The translations under genes and the position numbers were made by a program. Below are positions 1-12,204 of a DNA stretch of 64,000 nucleotides, in pieces. How positions within the stretch are numbered: the stretch's first letter is position 1; each line of letters opens with the position of its first letter. Below the pieces are notes generated by a model. The model ran no database searches. It had not been told where the DNA came from and worked only from the letters and a program-made list of their open reading frames with translations. Origin of the DNA: Paraglomus brasilianum (lineage: Eukaryota); assembly GCA_910592345.1 (NCBI GenBank), contig CAJVPI010000049.1, positions 1-64,000 on the forward strand, in the 5' to 3' direction.

Positions 1-1133
1 CAATCCGCTGCATGTGTGCATCCATGGTGTAATGATGGAGTCTCTCGCACGTTTGTCAACCGAGAATACTCTATCCATTGTAGATAGCCATCGTCATCAA
101 ACACAGCATCATGCCATGATTTTTCTATAAACGAATCCAATGCCTTGTTGCCGGTAGTCCAATAAGAAGCCGTGGTTTTGCAATCAAAACAGAATGGCTT
201 TAGCGCAGGTTTTAATGGTGCTGTACATGCTAGACAAAGACCAACTTCATTTATATCCTTAATTAAAAAATATTCTTGTGATTCATTGTCAAATGTAAAT
301 CCGATACTGCTCCAAAAAGTAGGGTCGAGCAAATCCGGATGGTCATCACATAACTGGAGGAAATCAAAGTTAATAACTAGTAAGTAATATAATATTCACA
401 AACATTAATAATTTACCTTATCATAATCAGTTTCATCCGTTATCTCGAGCGGAATTAATTTTATACGAGAACAAATGGATGGAATAGATAAATCTATGCG
501 ACGTCCGTCATTTTCAATACTATCATATGGAATCCATTCCAAATAGGCATCATTTGCTGACTTTGTTTGTAACTGAGATTTTTTAATAAACTCATCAAGT
601 TTCTTATTATTGCTGGTCCATCCATTGGATACTTCTTTATGGCCACAAATGCACCACACGGGACTACATCTCAGCAATCCACATGCCGAGCAGAAACCAT
701 ATAGGTAATAACTATCACAAAAGCGGTCGCCAGCTACCAGATAATAATTATCATGATACTTGGTAAACCCTTCTATCTCCCTAATACTTTCAAGCCATAT
801 CGGATATCTTCTGAAATGATTGACAATAGTAGTCCGTATATCAGCATATTTTGTTAGAAGTGAGTACACTCTGGCAACCTCACTTATATATTCTGGCGTG
901 CATTTTTCAGCGCTTCCAAGTAATAACAGCATGTGTGTCAGTTCCCTATTGGCGCGTTTGACATGAACAACGGTTTGACCGTTAATGCTTTTCGGACTTG
1001 ACACTATGGCAATAAAGGCCGTTATATCGATCCATTTAGGGCCCAAGTCCCGTTTAATAAAATTGTCAATTGCCGGACATCCTGAAGCATGAGACGACGA
1101 AATGGAAGTAAAATTCGAGATAGAGTTACCCAT
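1..1133 (-). CDS. Tyrosine-kinase-like protein kinase paralog A, 5' part only (runs off the window start)
   Basis: ATG at 1133 (MGNSISNF...). Exon 1 is 1133-417, GT-AG intron 416-354, exon 2 from 353 (LCDDHPDLLDPTFWSSIGFTFD...GLCLAC...WTTGNKALDSFIEKSW...YLQWIEYS). Colinear with paralog B, with the same intron position after ...YDK. Its kinase domain is outside the window. Confidence 0.85.
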
Positions 1134-1317
1134 CTTGATCTGAACACAAAAATTGCCACGAACACGTTCCAAATAAATATACCATTTACATCACATGATA
1201 TTAATAGTGACCAGTAAAAATATGAGCCATCTATACCCACAGTCACGTGATAAAACAAACCATCAATTTTCGATGTTTTTACTCTTTTCGACAATCAAAA
1301 ATCTGAATGATAGAAGT

Positions 1318-1565
1318 ATGATTAGTAAAAAACCCGCAATAAAGCGGGTTGCTCTTACTGATGTTCAAAAAAAAGATTTGTTCTAAAAAAAAAGCTCAAC
1401 CTAACTGGACTCAAGCGGATGGCACTTGTGGCCTCTGCCAATTACACGAACTTCACAAGGCCATCCTTCAACAGACTCAATATTTCTATACCAATAGACA
1501 AGAACTTTGCGTATACAATTTCCTTATGAAACATCCTTGTCTAAAATGTTCATCAAACATAGGTT
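1318..1565 (+). pseudogene. Decayed CENP-B/pogo-type N-terminal HTH fragment (transposase relic)
   Basis: MISKKPAIKRVALTDVQKKDL...KKAQPNWTQAD resembles the start of pogo/CENP-B HTH domains. Broken by a stop and frameshifts; no TIRs found. Confidence 0.5.
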
Positions 1566-1900
1566 AACTATACTGCTCGCTTACATAACAATAATATTTT
1601 CCCCTTGACAAGCATATGCCGCATTTATGACTGACGAATAGAACAAATTCATATAGTTAATTATTTGGTTCAATAATGTACTCGATCTTTTCTTAAATAC
1701 TTTACTCGCCAATAGTAAAAATCTTAAATCGATCGACTATATCAACACGTTTTTTATTTCAATAAAACTCGTTTAATATTAAGGCTGTTTTATTCAAAAT
1801 TTTGAGTCACTAAATGATAAGACAATGGACGAGCTTAATATTGTAAACTGACTTTCAACACGTAACAAATAGCTGTCGTTCGTACCCGCAACTGAATCAA

Positions 1901-4457
1901 TCATAACTGTTTCTCGGTTTTGGGCAAATGTCCAGTAGGTAAGAGCTTACTAGAGTATTTACTCTCCTTTTCGAGACGTGATAAAGGCTTTACATCATTA
2001 CAATAAACGGCATTCCACGTGTTGTCGTCAGAATCGTCCATTTCAGTAAACTCGTAAATATAATACCAAATCGTCTCTACATCTGGACGCTTATCAGGAT
2101 CAGCAACACAACACCGCTCGGCAAGTCTCTTGTATTCCTCTGGTGCGGAATCAGGCATCGATGGTCGTAGTCCATCCATAATCTCGCGTATTAAACTTGT
2201 ATCAAACACCCTATCTCTAAAAGGTGGTTCCCCAGTAGCAACCAAATGCATAATGATACCAAAAGAATACACATCTGATTTCTGAGTAAATTTGCAGGTA
2301 TGGAAGACTTCCGGTGCAATAAAGGGTAAAACGCCTCGAATGGTTGAATTTGACTCGCGTGAATTCACTGATCGTGAGAGACCAAGATCGCATATCAATG
2401 GTTTCGTATTATGCAAAACAATGTTCCCGCCATGGAGATCACAATGCACTAATCCCATCTTGTGAATATTATGCAGACAAAGTGAAATATCCCACAAACA
2501 CAATAATTTATCCATCCACGTCAATTTGTTAACATTTTGATCCAAATAAGACAAAAGACTACCATTGCTAGCATATTGCATAACAATCATGTACTCTTTT
2601 GTTTCTGGTTCTTGTGTGACTCCATAAATTTTAAGGAAAGTACTTGTTGAACACTTGGCATGGTTTCTGAACTAATAAATACAGAGTCAGATTAAATATC
2701 GCTTTAATTAGTAACATCAACAATTGCTTACCTCGGAAATAAATAATTCCGACATTTCATCAAAACTCTTAAACCGTTTGAGTACAACAGTTTGTTGCAC
2801 ATCTGCATGCACTAGCCAATTATATCCATTATATCTGGCAGTATAAACTGTTCCATGACCACCAGATCCGATCTCTTCGAGTTCGTCAAAGTCGCTATAC
2901 TGCATGTACTTTACACGTTTATGATTTCGTGTAAACCTGTCCAATAGTGCATGTATGCCGTGATAGAAGACTAAGTAATATTCCCGAGTAGATGGCACCT
3001 GAGTGATCCCAATTATCCAAATATTGTCGGGCGTTAATATCTCCGGGTATTCCTTAGTTAGCTATTTGAGTAAACAAAATATAGTCGTTACAACAATAAT
3101 CTGCTTGATACACACGTTAATAATATTATTTGCATAGTTTATGCGCGAGATAATTTACCTGATAAAAATCAAATAACTGATCGTTTTGTTCATCAACTAT
3201 CCGTTTGAGTGTCACTCTCGTCGGTTCATCCGCTGTCTGCTCTAACCAATCTGCTACATGTGTGCATCCATGGCGTAATGATGTCATTTCTCGTACGTCT
3301 GTCAATAGGGAATACTCTATCCATTGTATATAAGCATCATATTTACTCTTCACATTACTCCACGACTTTATAATTAATGAATCCAAAGACTTATTGCCCG
3401 TAGTCCAATCTCGTAGTCTTGGCGCTTTACAGTTGAAACAGAATGCATTTATCGTAGGTTCTAATCGACGTATACATGCCAGACATAATCCATCATCAGC
3501 TTTTATGAGACAATACTTCTGTTTGCTTGCATCATATGTAAACCCGATGGTAAACCAAACATCCATGGTAAGAATATCTGGATGCTCATCACATAACTAG
3601 TGGAAGTTATACATAAGTCAATATTCATCTGAACAATGGATAAACATATTATATTCGTACTTTATAGTCACCTTGTCATAATATGAATCATCCATCTCAT
3701 CTGTTATTTCAAGTGGAATCAATTTAAGATATGTCGAAGGTAGTCCATAAAAGTATGAGCCATACTTCCGCCTCATATTACTATAATTAATACAATTGTA
3801 TGGAATCCATTCCAAATAGACATCATTTGCAGAGTTTGTTTGTAATTGAGATTTCTTAATAAAGTCATCGAGCTGCTTATTGTTGCTAGTCCATCCATCG
3901 GATAATTGTTTATGTCCGCAAACGCACCACACAGGACTACGTCGGAGTATTCCACATGCAGTGCAGAATCCATATTGAGAATAATAACCGTAAAAGAATT
4001 CATCAGCAACCATGTAATAATTATCTTTGTACTTGGTGAATCCGATTATAAGGTTGTTGCGACTCACAAGCCATTTCTTATATCGTCTAAATTGACTGAC
4101 ATCATTATTGTACTTGTGTGTTGGAAGTGAGTATATTCTAGCAACTTCACTTATAAGAGTTGTTGTACATATTTCCTCGCTTCCAAGTAATAGCAACATT
4201 ATCTTGCCATCATATGTGCAACTAGCGTAATAGATAGCGTCTGTTGGAGTTGGCTTAATATCAGTGATTTCAGAACAAGGAATCCATTTCAGCCATAATT
4301 GTTTATTTTCACTTTCCAAGGAGGACTGAATCAAGTCGTCAACTGCTGGATTATGCATATACTTTGACTCCTGGACAAGTGAAGAAGTGAGAGAATACTT
4401 CAACGCTAGTTGTGTTACATTGCACATTTCCCGTTGCACATGTGTTTCATAACTCAT
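1901..4457 (-). CDS. Tyrosine-kinase-like protein kinase paralog B with repeated N-terminal modules; 4 exons (4457-3672, 3596-3159, 3061-2732, 2671-1901)
   Basis: Three phase-0 GT-AG introns join the ORFs into one frame. Motifs: IGSGGHGTVY, VVLKRFK, FISEFRNH, IYGVTQEPETKEYMIVMQYA, HCDLHGGN, ICDLG, APE, SDVYSFG. Confidence 0.9.
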
Positions 4458-5219
4458 ATAATAGGTAAGCTTGAATTAATTAAGATGGACAAAATCTGTC
4501 CCGCGCGTAAACGTATAAACACAAGTCGTTTTTAAGTGGGGTTTTCGAATTATTCTCAAGAGTTCCAACAAAAAGTTTGGGTATCAAAAGATGCACACTA
4601 ATTATAATTTGGAAAAGGTTCAAACTGATCTGGTGATGTATTAACATCCTGTTCTTGCAATATATTATCAGCGTCGCGTCTGCGGACTTCGCCGTGTTAA
4701 CTAATAGTGAAAGCTAACAATTTGACAAGTTTGAGCTACAACAGCTTGATAATAATGAAAATTATATGACTGGATTACATAAAATTCTTACCCAGTTTTG
4801 CAGAATAGTTGTCCTGGTCAAGCAAGCGACTACAATTCTTTTTATCCATTTTGTAATTTTTTTTCGCATAGTAATAGCCTTTTCCTTATTGCCAAACTCG
4901 TTCCTGATTTGATAGATGAAGAAACTGTTTGATTAGATAGTGGAGTTCTCATTGGTGCGTTTTAAAGCAAGATTAAAAGCCAAAAAAAGTAAATATTTAT
5001 AAGAGAAAGTGATGTCAAACCCTGTTGACTAATTTAGAAGATAAGACAGCAACTTAAAAAGCTTTGTGTTTTGAGGTGTTTGGATGTGCTCTTCTTGTTG
5101 TTTTGTCTGTTGCTATCTCCATCTATTATTCCATTGTATTTTGGAACAACAAAAACGCGATTGTTTACATGATTTCCATATTTATTATTATACATGTTTG
5201 AACCATCCCATTATTAATA

Positions 5220-6250
5220 TTGGCTCGTCAAAGTCATTGTACAAAGCTCGAGGGCCTTTTGCAATCAGCAGCTGAACCGTCGTTACCAAGCGAAAAGCGA
5301 CTGCACTATTTGTCAGGACCGAACCCAAGATCATTACCAAGCAAAAGGCGCCTGCGTTATTTGTTCTTCGTGAGACAGATGGGTTTGTATAAATTTATAG
5401 TATGTTATGAGCTTTTTTATATTAGAAAAACTGATTATAGACTATAAATTGTTCTTTTATTCTTTGACTTTGATAAGGTAGATGGGAAATACTATCGTAT
5501 ACACCGGGAGTCAACAACAGAAACCAAATTTCCATAGAACTCGCAGACGACGATCAGACAATCAATTTTGCGGCTGAGAACAAAGATCGAAGAGAATCTT
5601 TATTCAGCAATTTACCAAATACGTTTGAAGCAGAAGTTACTCTCCCGAAAAGTATGCATGGTATATCGTCTGATGTGTGTATCTTCGAAACCAAGTTGAT
5701 CAGAACTTGATGTTGTTATGAAGGCTTTCGGTACATATACAGTACATGGATTAAACCCTAGTTTGGAATATATCAAAAATGGTTGATGGACTCATCAATA
5801 TTACAGGCTACAAACAGTCTGTATCTGTTATATTGACTTTTCACAGTATATTAACTGAATGGCCAAGTCATGATGAAGAACTGTGGCATTATTGAATAAT
5901 TTTCTTCTTTGGGCTTGGCACTATTGCCCAAAAAAACTTTGTTAGCTTTGAAAGTGCACTTCATGCCGCAGCAATTCGCCATAATAAAGGTAGAGACCCC
6001 ACAGAGTGAGAAGAATGGGGTATAAAGTTGATGTGTGCATCAAGCTGCTTGGTCTTCACTGGCAACCTGATGTTGGATGTGGTGAAGTGTCAGGTGGCCT
6101 TCCAAAGTGCACACGTGCTAAAGAGTGGATGGACACTCTCAAACTTGGGTGGGAGCTACGTGATATATGGGTTCTGGCTCAAGACATGCTGAAGGAGGTT
6201 AATGCAAGTGTACATAATCAGACATCTGCTGGTGCATTTGCCCCCATGAT
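5220..6250 (+). pseudogene. Disrupted gene ending in a PD-(D/E)xK-like nuclease-type segment
   Basis: Across a frameshift near 6005 the segments read SFESALHAAAIRHNKGRDP / RRMGYKVDVCIKL...DVGCGEVSGG...WMDTLKLGWELRD, like restriction-endonuclease-fold domains common in Mucoromycota. Upstream pieces are fragmented. Confidence 0.45.
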
Positions 6251-7974
6251 GGTATGCTATAATTATTACGTATCTTTTTTAGTACACTATTAAACGATTA
6301 ACATATTTCTATTTAGTATGAATTTGGCACGGTCATAGCTGAGGCCCCAGTAGAATCGGTGCTGGGAGAAGAGATTGGAAAAAAGACTGGGTCAATATAT
6401 GATCCACACTAATATATCTATCTCTGACTGATGCAACCAATTTTGGCCACTTTAAACAAAAATGAAGATGAAAACCCTTTCCTCGATCCCCAACTTATGG
6501 CCGCTGATAACATACCTTACTGTTACAGTTGAATTGCGTTTAGTCTATTTGAGATATGAAACACCACTGTCCTCAAACCATGGAATTCTGGCATTGCCAC
6601 CATCAGTCACAATGTGTCCTCAAGGATAAGTTTCATCTGGACACCTCGATTCACTCAGATAAAGGGAAAGCTGTTCTTTATATTCGCGCTACTTCGATGG
6701 GGGCCTTCGACTCTATTGTCCGCCCTCATGAAAATGAGAGTATGCTTTGCAACCATGAAAATTTATCGAAGGCACTTCTCCAAAGCCAATAGTATCTATT
6801 CTTTGTCATGTACAGTATTTCAATTTAGTCGGACACAAGCTCTGCGCTTTCGTTTGACAACCTACTTTTTTCGTAAAAAGACTAAACTTTATTTGCCATT
6901 GTAACCATCATTCTGCGATTTTGATTTTATATAAAATAAATAAGACTAAGACTAAGACTGGGTACTCGTATTCTTTTAACGTATTTTATTTGTCTGAAAA
7001 AAAATTAATACAATGAGCGAAGAAAATTACTCGCTCCCTGTACCGTTTTGAAGGTTTTCTTGTATAATTTATTTGCGCAGAAATTAATTTTGCGAGCGCA
7101 CCATCTTCAATAATGTGAACATGATTATATACCCAGTTTCTTTACTTACTATTACGTAAAATTTAATTCTGTGTTTGCAAAATAAAAATGAGTGTTGTTA
7201 TTTGTGTACTTTAACTATTCTATATTATATACTGTATTCAATTTTTAATTTAATTAAAGAAGAGAAAGAATTGGTAACGTTCTTTATTATTTATCACTTT
7301 ACTTCATGTGAAAGTATTGTCTGATTTAAAATAACTGTATTGTATAAGCTGTACAGGCAATCAACTTGTTTCAAAAGTCCAATCCGCCTTTCTTGCCTTT
7401 ATGTTGTTTAATTAACTATTAGCTTGACTTAAGATAATTGTTCTTTTAAAGGTTTTGCATACTAGATATTAATATTGTTCACTTCGACTAATTAACGAAC
7501 AAAATTTTTTTCGATTAAATTTTATTCGCTGACAGCATTTTTCCATAAACTTTTGTATGCATTATCACAATACTTTTGGCTGCACAAGTTTAAATTCTTG
7601 TGCGCATGTGCTGTTACTATGTTAGTACATATTTAATATCCACAAGCAAAAAATCCTAATAATCGTAGAAAAAAGAAAGCCCAAACACGGCGACGATCTC
7701 TGTCATAATTAACACTAAAGATGTCGTCAATAAGATGGTTCAAGCTTTCCCCCTTCACTAAGCTCGCTGTGCTCTTGTCTCTTGTCTCTTGTCAAAGAGA
7801 AAACGTATAAAGGACATTGACATCTACGTTCTTATATTTAGCCGCATTTCTCCGTAACCACCTTCTGTCTTACCACAACTTACTTCGCATATCTGAACGT
7901 TTTATTTTCGTCCCTTTCTCTTCAATACTCTGCCAAAACATCTTCCCCACAGAGAAAGAGAAGAGAATCGAATT

Positions 7975-9255
7975 GGTGTCAGAGTTATCCGAGGAAGATT
8001 ACATTGATACTTACGACGGGGATAACGGGAGTGAAATGTACTATGAATCGGGTAAAGAACGGAACGGGAATGAGAGAGAGAACGTCCGGAGATGTGTGTA
8101 TGGTTGTGTGTATAGGCTATGTTGTTTCGCATTTAGAATAAACATACTGTGATTGCCAAGGTTAGTATAGAAACCAGCCTCCGGTTCTCGTATTAGTATG
8201 CATACTAATCACACCTAAATACTGAAGATATTGCATAATTACGAAATATCAATGTCTTCACTCATTAACACTGCATACTCGGCTTTTCTCTTTACCAAAC
8301 ACTACAATAACGAATAACATAAGAAATATTGACGATCCCGACGACGATCTAAACTTTGAAGTCGTGGTGGCCGAGAAAGATCGCAAAAAGCTTTATGAAG
8401 TCGACTTTAAAGTACACTTTATCGAAGCATCGTCAAAAACAAGTGACTCACGTGGCAAACATACTTGGCATTCTAAAAGAGCACGCTGCATCACTACTTC
8501 GTCATTTCAGATGGAATAAAGAGCGACTTATCGAACGCTATATGGACGATTTACAAGATGTATTGCGGAAAGCGGGCGTGATACTGAGAATTCTAGGGCG
8601 ACGAGGATCAGCAGAATGCCTGGATTTGTGTGCGAGATTTGCTGGCTGTGATGATGATGATGATAATATGCTTACGTTAGCATTATCGTGTGGACATAGG
8701 TCTTGCCGTAATTGTTACGAGACTTATTGTAAGCCCGGAAATACACGAAAGGTAAGAGCGATAGAATGCTATGGAAGGGAAATTGTCGTTGGGGTATCGG
8801 CTATACAATATGAAGTAATTTAACTACAAATCTAACGTGAGTTCGTCTTGCATGTTAGAAGCCAACTTCATTCCTATATATTCCCACATTTATTATGTTG
8901 CATGTTACTTGGACTGTTGTTTAATACACTAATTCGTTCTCTCGATTTTTGATCCCAACAGATATCGAATACTATCAAACAGGACATACGAAGGAATTCT
9001 TGTTGCAGACCATCAAGGATCTGTCTTGAGAGACTCCTTTGGACAAGGGGTTGATGACTACTTGTTTAAGAGAACTTGGCAGATGGAATGGTACCATACT
9101 GCAAGGACCACAGCACCAAAAAAATCGACAGTTGGACATATCTTTGGTTCAGATGGATTATGTTGATGGTGATTTTGGTTGGGGGACCATGTAAAGTGAT
9201 TTGAACAAGGTGGTGAATATGAAGTAAGCCCAATGAATGATTGGGCCAACACTGA
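7975..9255 (+). pseudogene. Ariadne-family (ARI1/HEL1-like) RBR E3 ubiquitin ligase pseudogene
   Basis: Acidic N-terminus (EEDYIDTYD...MYYES), YEVDFKVH, ASLLRHFRWNKERLIERYMD, eroded RING1 (CDD...LALSCGHRSCRNCYETY) and a late WANT remnant. Multiple frameshifts, intron-like spacers retained, no RING2 or Ariadne domain. Confidence 0.75.
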
Positions 9256-9433
9256 TACAACTAAGCGGACCCGTACCAAAACATCACCCGCCGCAAATAA
9301 ACGACGACAAACTCGCTCTCAAACTCCGATTTCAGTAACACAAATACCTGCTTTGTTGTTGAACAATATGTCGGACACTGTTGAAGAATCATGATTATTA
9401 CAGTCCATGCATACGGTACCCATAAAACAAATA

Positions 9434-10277
9434 CACAGTGAAAGTCGATATAACGGATTTTGCCTTATACGGACTTTTTTGCTGGGACGGAATTTTTACT
9501 AAGTATTATATAGCGGACTTTTATTTTAAACAGTGATATAACGGATCCGGACTAATTTGCCCGAACACAATTAATTTAGCTTATTATTATCTCGATATAC
9601 CGGATTTCGTGTAATGAAGTCCGTATTAAATATAAGAATAAGATTCTTTTCCCATTTTCTGCTACACGTATCTCAAACTTAACATAATGTCGACTTATGG
9701 TCCTATCAACCAGCTTTAGCAGTTTATCTGTAGTTGGACAATAAAGTCTTACATTAACGACTTATGGTCCTATCAATTTAAATAAAAAAAAAAATGCTTC
9801 TCAGCAAAGTGATGTAAAAAAAACGAACTCGCGTTACCTTACAGCATTACAGGAAAAAGAACTAGTGAACGTATGAGAGCTAATCCTGTACTCAAGCAAA
9901 AAAGTATGGTAAAAAAGTATTAAATATCAAAACAGGCAGTCTCAGATATTTTGAAACAAGAAAAAACGTGGTTAACAAGAGAGATTAAGAAAGAAAATTG
10001 TTATGAAACGCATTGAACGATGGAGGCAGACAAATATTGACGAGTTTTTAACATTCAAGTCTTAAATTGAATTTATCGTTAGGTATTATTATTATGTCAC
10101 ACATGTTATAACCGTGAATAATAATAGATATTAATATTAAAGGCCGTCGTTATAACGGATTTTTTGCAAGTTTAGTTAAGAGTCCGGTATAAAACTCACT
10201 GTTCGATGTAACGGACCGTCGATATAGCGGACAAAAGTGCTGGTCCCGAGCAGTCCGTTATATCGACTTTCACTGTG
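9434..10277 (+). mobile_element. Non-autonomous pogo/Tc1-mariner-type DNA transposon
   Basis: Perfect 24-bp TIR CACAGTGAAAGTCGATATAACGGA at both ends, flanked by TA (9432-9433, 10278-10279). Repeated subterminal (GA)TATAACGGA-like motifs. Internal decayed HTH (KRTRVTL..LQEKEL...RANPVLKQ) near 9810-9975. Confidence 0.85.
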
Positions 10278-11176
10278 TATATCTTAATATGTGAAATCAC
10301 TAAGACTGATATATTGGACAGGGCGCAAATTGGGGAAAGCGCGTTTTTTTATTTGTTTAGAAAATCACCTGTAGATCGGTAGGAAATAACAAATCCCTTT
10401 ACTACCATAAAGGTGAATTGTCAGACGATTTGTATATCATACTATAATTCGGATAGGATTGTGTTAAAGTAGCACGAAGTGGAAAATTATAGTGTATTAG
10501 TATGTGCGGAAATTTTTCCAATAAAATCGATATAGCATTCAATGTTCGTATTTACTTTGCAGTTGATTACGATAATGGTTCTATCCCTATAGAGGAGGAA
10601 GATCCTAATTTCTCTGTTCATGTAGATCAAAGACTTTGGTCACTATTATTTCCACTCAAATTACACAGCCACTCTTGATAACGATAATATAAAAACCTTT
10701 TGTGATATGTCAACTCCACAAAATTTTTCCAAGTTTTTTGTGACATAAAATGTTGCAATTTAAAAACATTATATCATGAATTGATAATTGTCATCATTAT
10801 ATCAAGCACATTTTTTATTATAACTGACTTGGTTCCAGAAAAGAACATCTCTTGGGCCAACTTTATCTTATCAGAGATTATTGCACAGCTCCCCTTCCAT
10901 TAACGCTACCCACTAGTTCCATATAAGCAGAAAACTGGTCAATTTTTAAATTTTGTTCACATACAAATTCGAGGACAAGGAAAATGTTTTGACTGTGTGT
11001 TTGTGTCCAACTTAATTTTACAACGAACAAAACTTCAGCCTGTCACCAGAAATGGCGCACGGTATTGGAAACAAGTTGAAAACGCTCTTAGAACGTTTGA
11101 ACTGGATGAATTATGATGGTAATATAGAAGCAATAGTTTCAGAAGTCAGTGATCTAACTTAAAATACAAGAAAAAG

Positions 11177-11604
11177 AGTACGAGATGAAATTTTACTAGT
11201 AAAACATATGAAAACTCTTTATTTTCGAAAATCTCTATTGTCCATACGTACTATGTAACCCACAATGATTTTGGTACCATTTTGAAGCTAATTGACTGTC
11301 TTTTTCAAAAAAAATTGTGTGAAATTTAAATTAGTTACTGTAATGAAGCAGTAGTTCGATGAAGTGACGGCACTATGTTATACATATGATTTCATATGTG
11401 TAACATAATTTCGCCACTTCCTCGAACTACAGTTTTGAAACGACAACAGGACTGAGTATATCATAACTTTTTCTGAAAAATACAATCAATTAGCTTCAAA
11501 ACAGTACCAAAATCATTGTGGATTACATAGTACGTATGGACAATAGAGATTTTCAAAAATAAAGAGTTTTCATATGTTTTACTAGTAAAATTTCGTCTCG
11601 TACT
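11177..11604. mobile_element. Foldback-like element: ~145-bp long inverted repeats around an internal ~80-bp hairpin
   Basis: 11177-~11320 (agtacgagatgaaattttactagtaaaacatatgaaaactc...) is the near-identical reverse complement of ~11460-11604. 11351-11430 is a second imperfect palindrome. No TSD identified. Confidence 0.75.
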
Positions 11605-12204
11605 TATACTTTTGTCAGGGGGGTGTAGTCGTGAATTAAAAATTTTTATTTTTTTTCATCAACTCAATCTGCCTCTTTCCGACTGAGTAATAATTATCTC
11701 AAACTTGATTAAACCTAAACAAATTGCGCAAGTTTTAGCTAATTGAACTTTACCCTTTTAATTGTTTTTTATTAATTAAACAAATACAGAGTAACTGACA
11801 ACGTACTTGCAATGAATGGGTGACTTGACTGTATTTGTAATTCTAAATAGCGCGTGTGAATTGACGTAATGGTAAATGTGAGGAAGAGTTCTACTACCTT
11901 TATAAGATAGAATGCAAATACGCCCTTAATTTAAATTATAATGAGATTAATAGTGAAAGAACGAAGAATTTAGCAAAAAGTCTTCTACTTTAACTTTATT
12001 CGTAAAACAATAGAGCTTGGAAAATATTGCCACGTTGACGTTGAATTTTGGTTACCGTAAATACGGTTTGGATGTCTGACAAATAAACCGGGTTACAAAT
12101 TCTAATTAATCGCCCAAGTTGGCTTATCAATAGCATATTCCCCCAAAATGGGTATATATAGGCGGGTTACGATGGACTTTAATTTGTATTAGGTCTCCTA
12201 CATA

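Noticed and set aside
4660..4712. GC-rich mini-hairpin followed by ctaatagt as a Helitron 3' end
   Set aside because: The stem is weak, there is no clean CTRR terminus and no second copy in the window.
10320..11760. Possible outer TIR pair (tttgtttag.. / ..ctaaacaaa) enclosing the foldback
   Set aside because: Complementarity is too short in AT-rich DNA to support.
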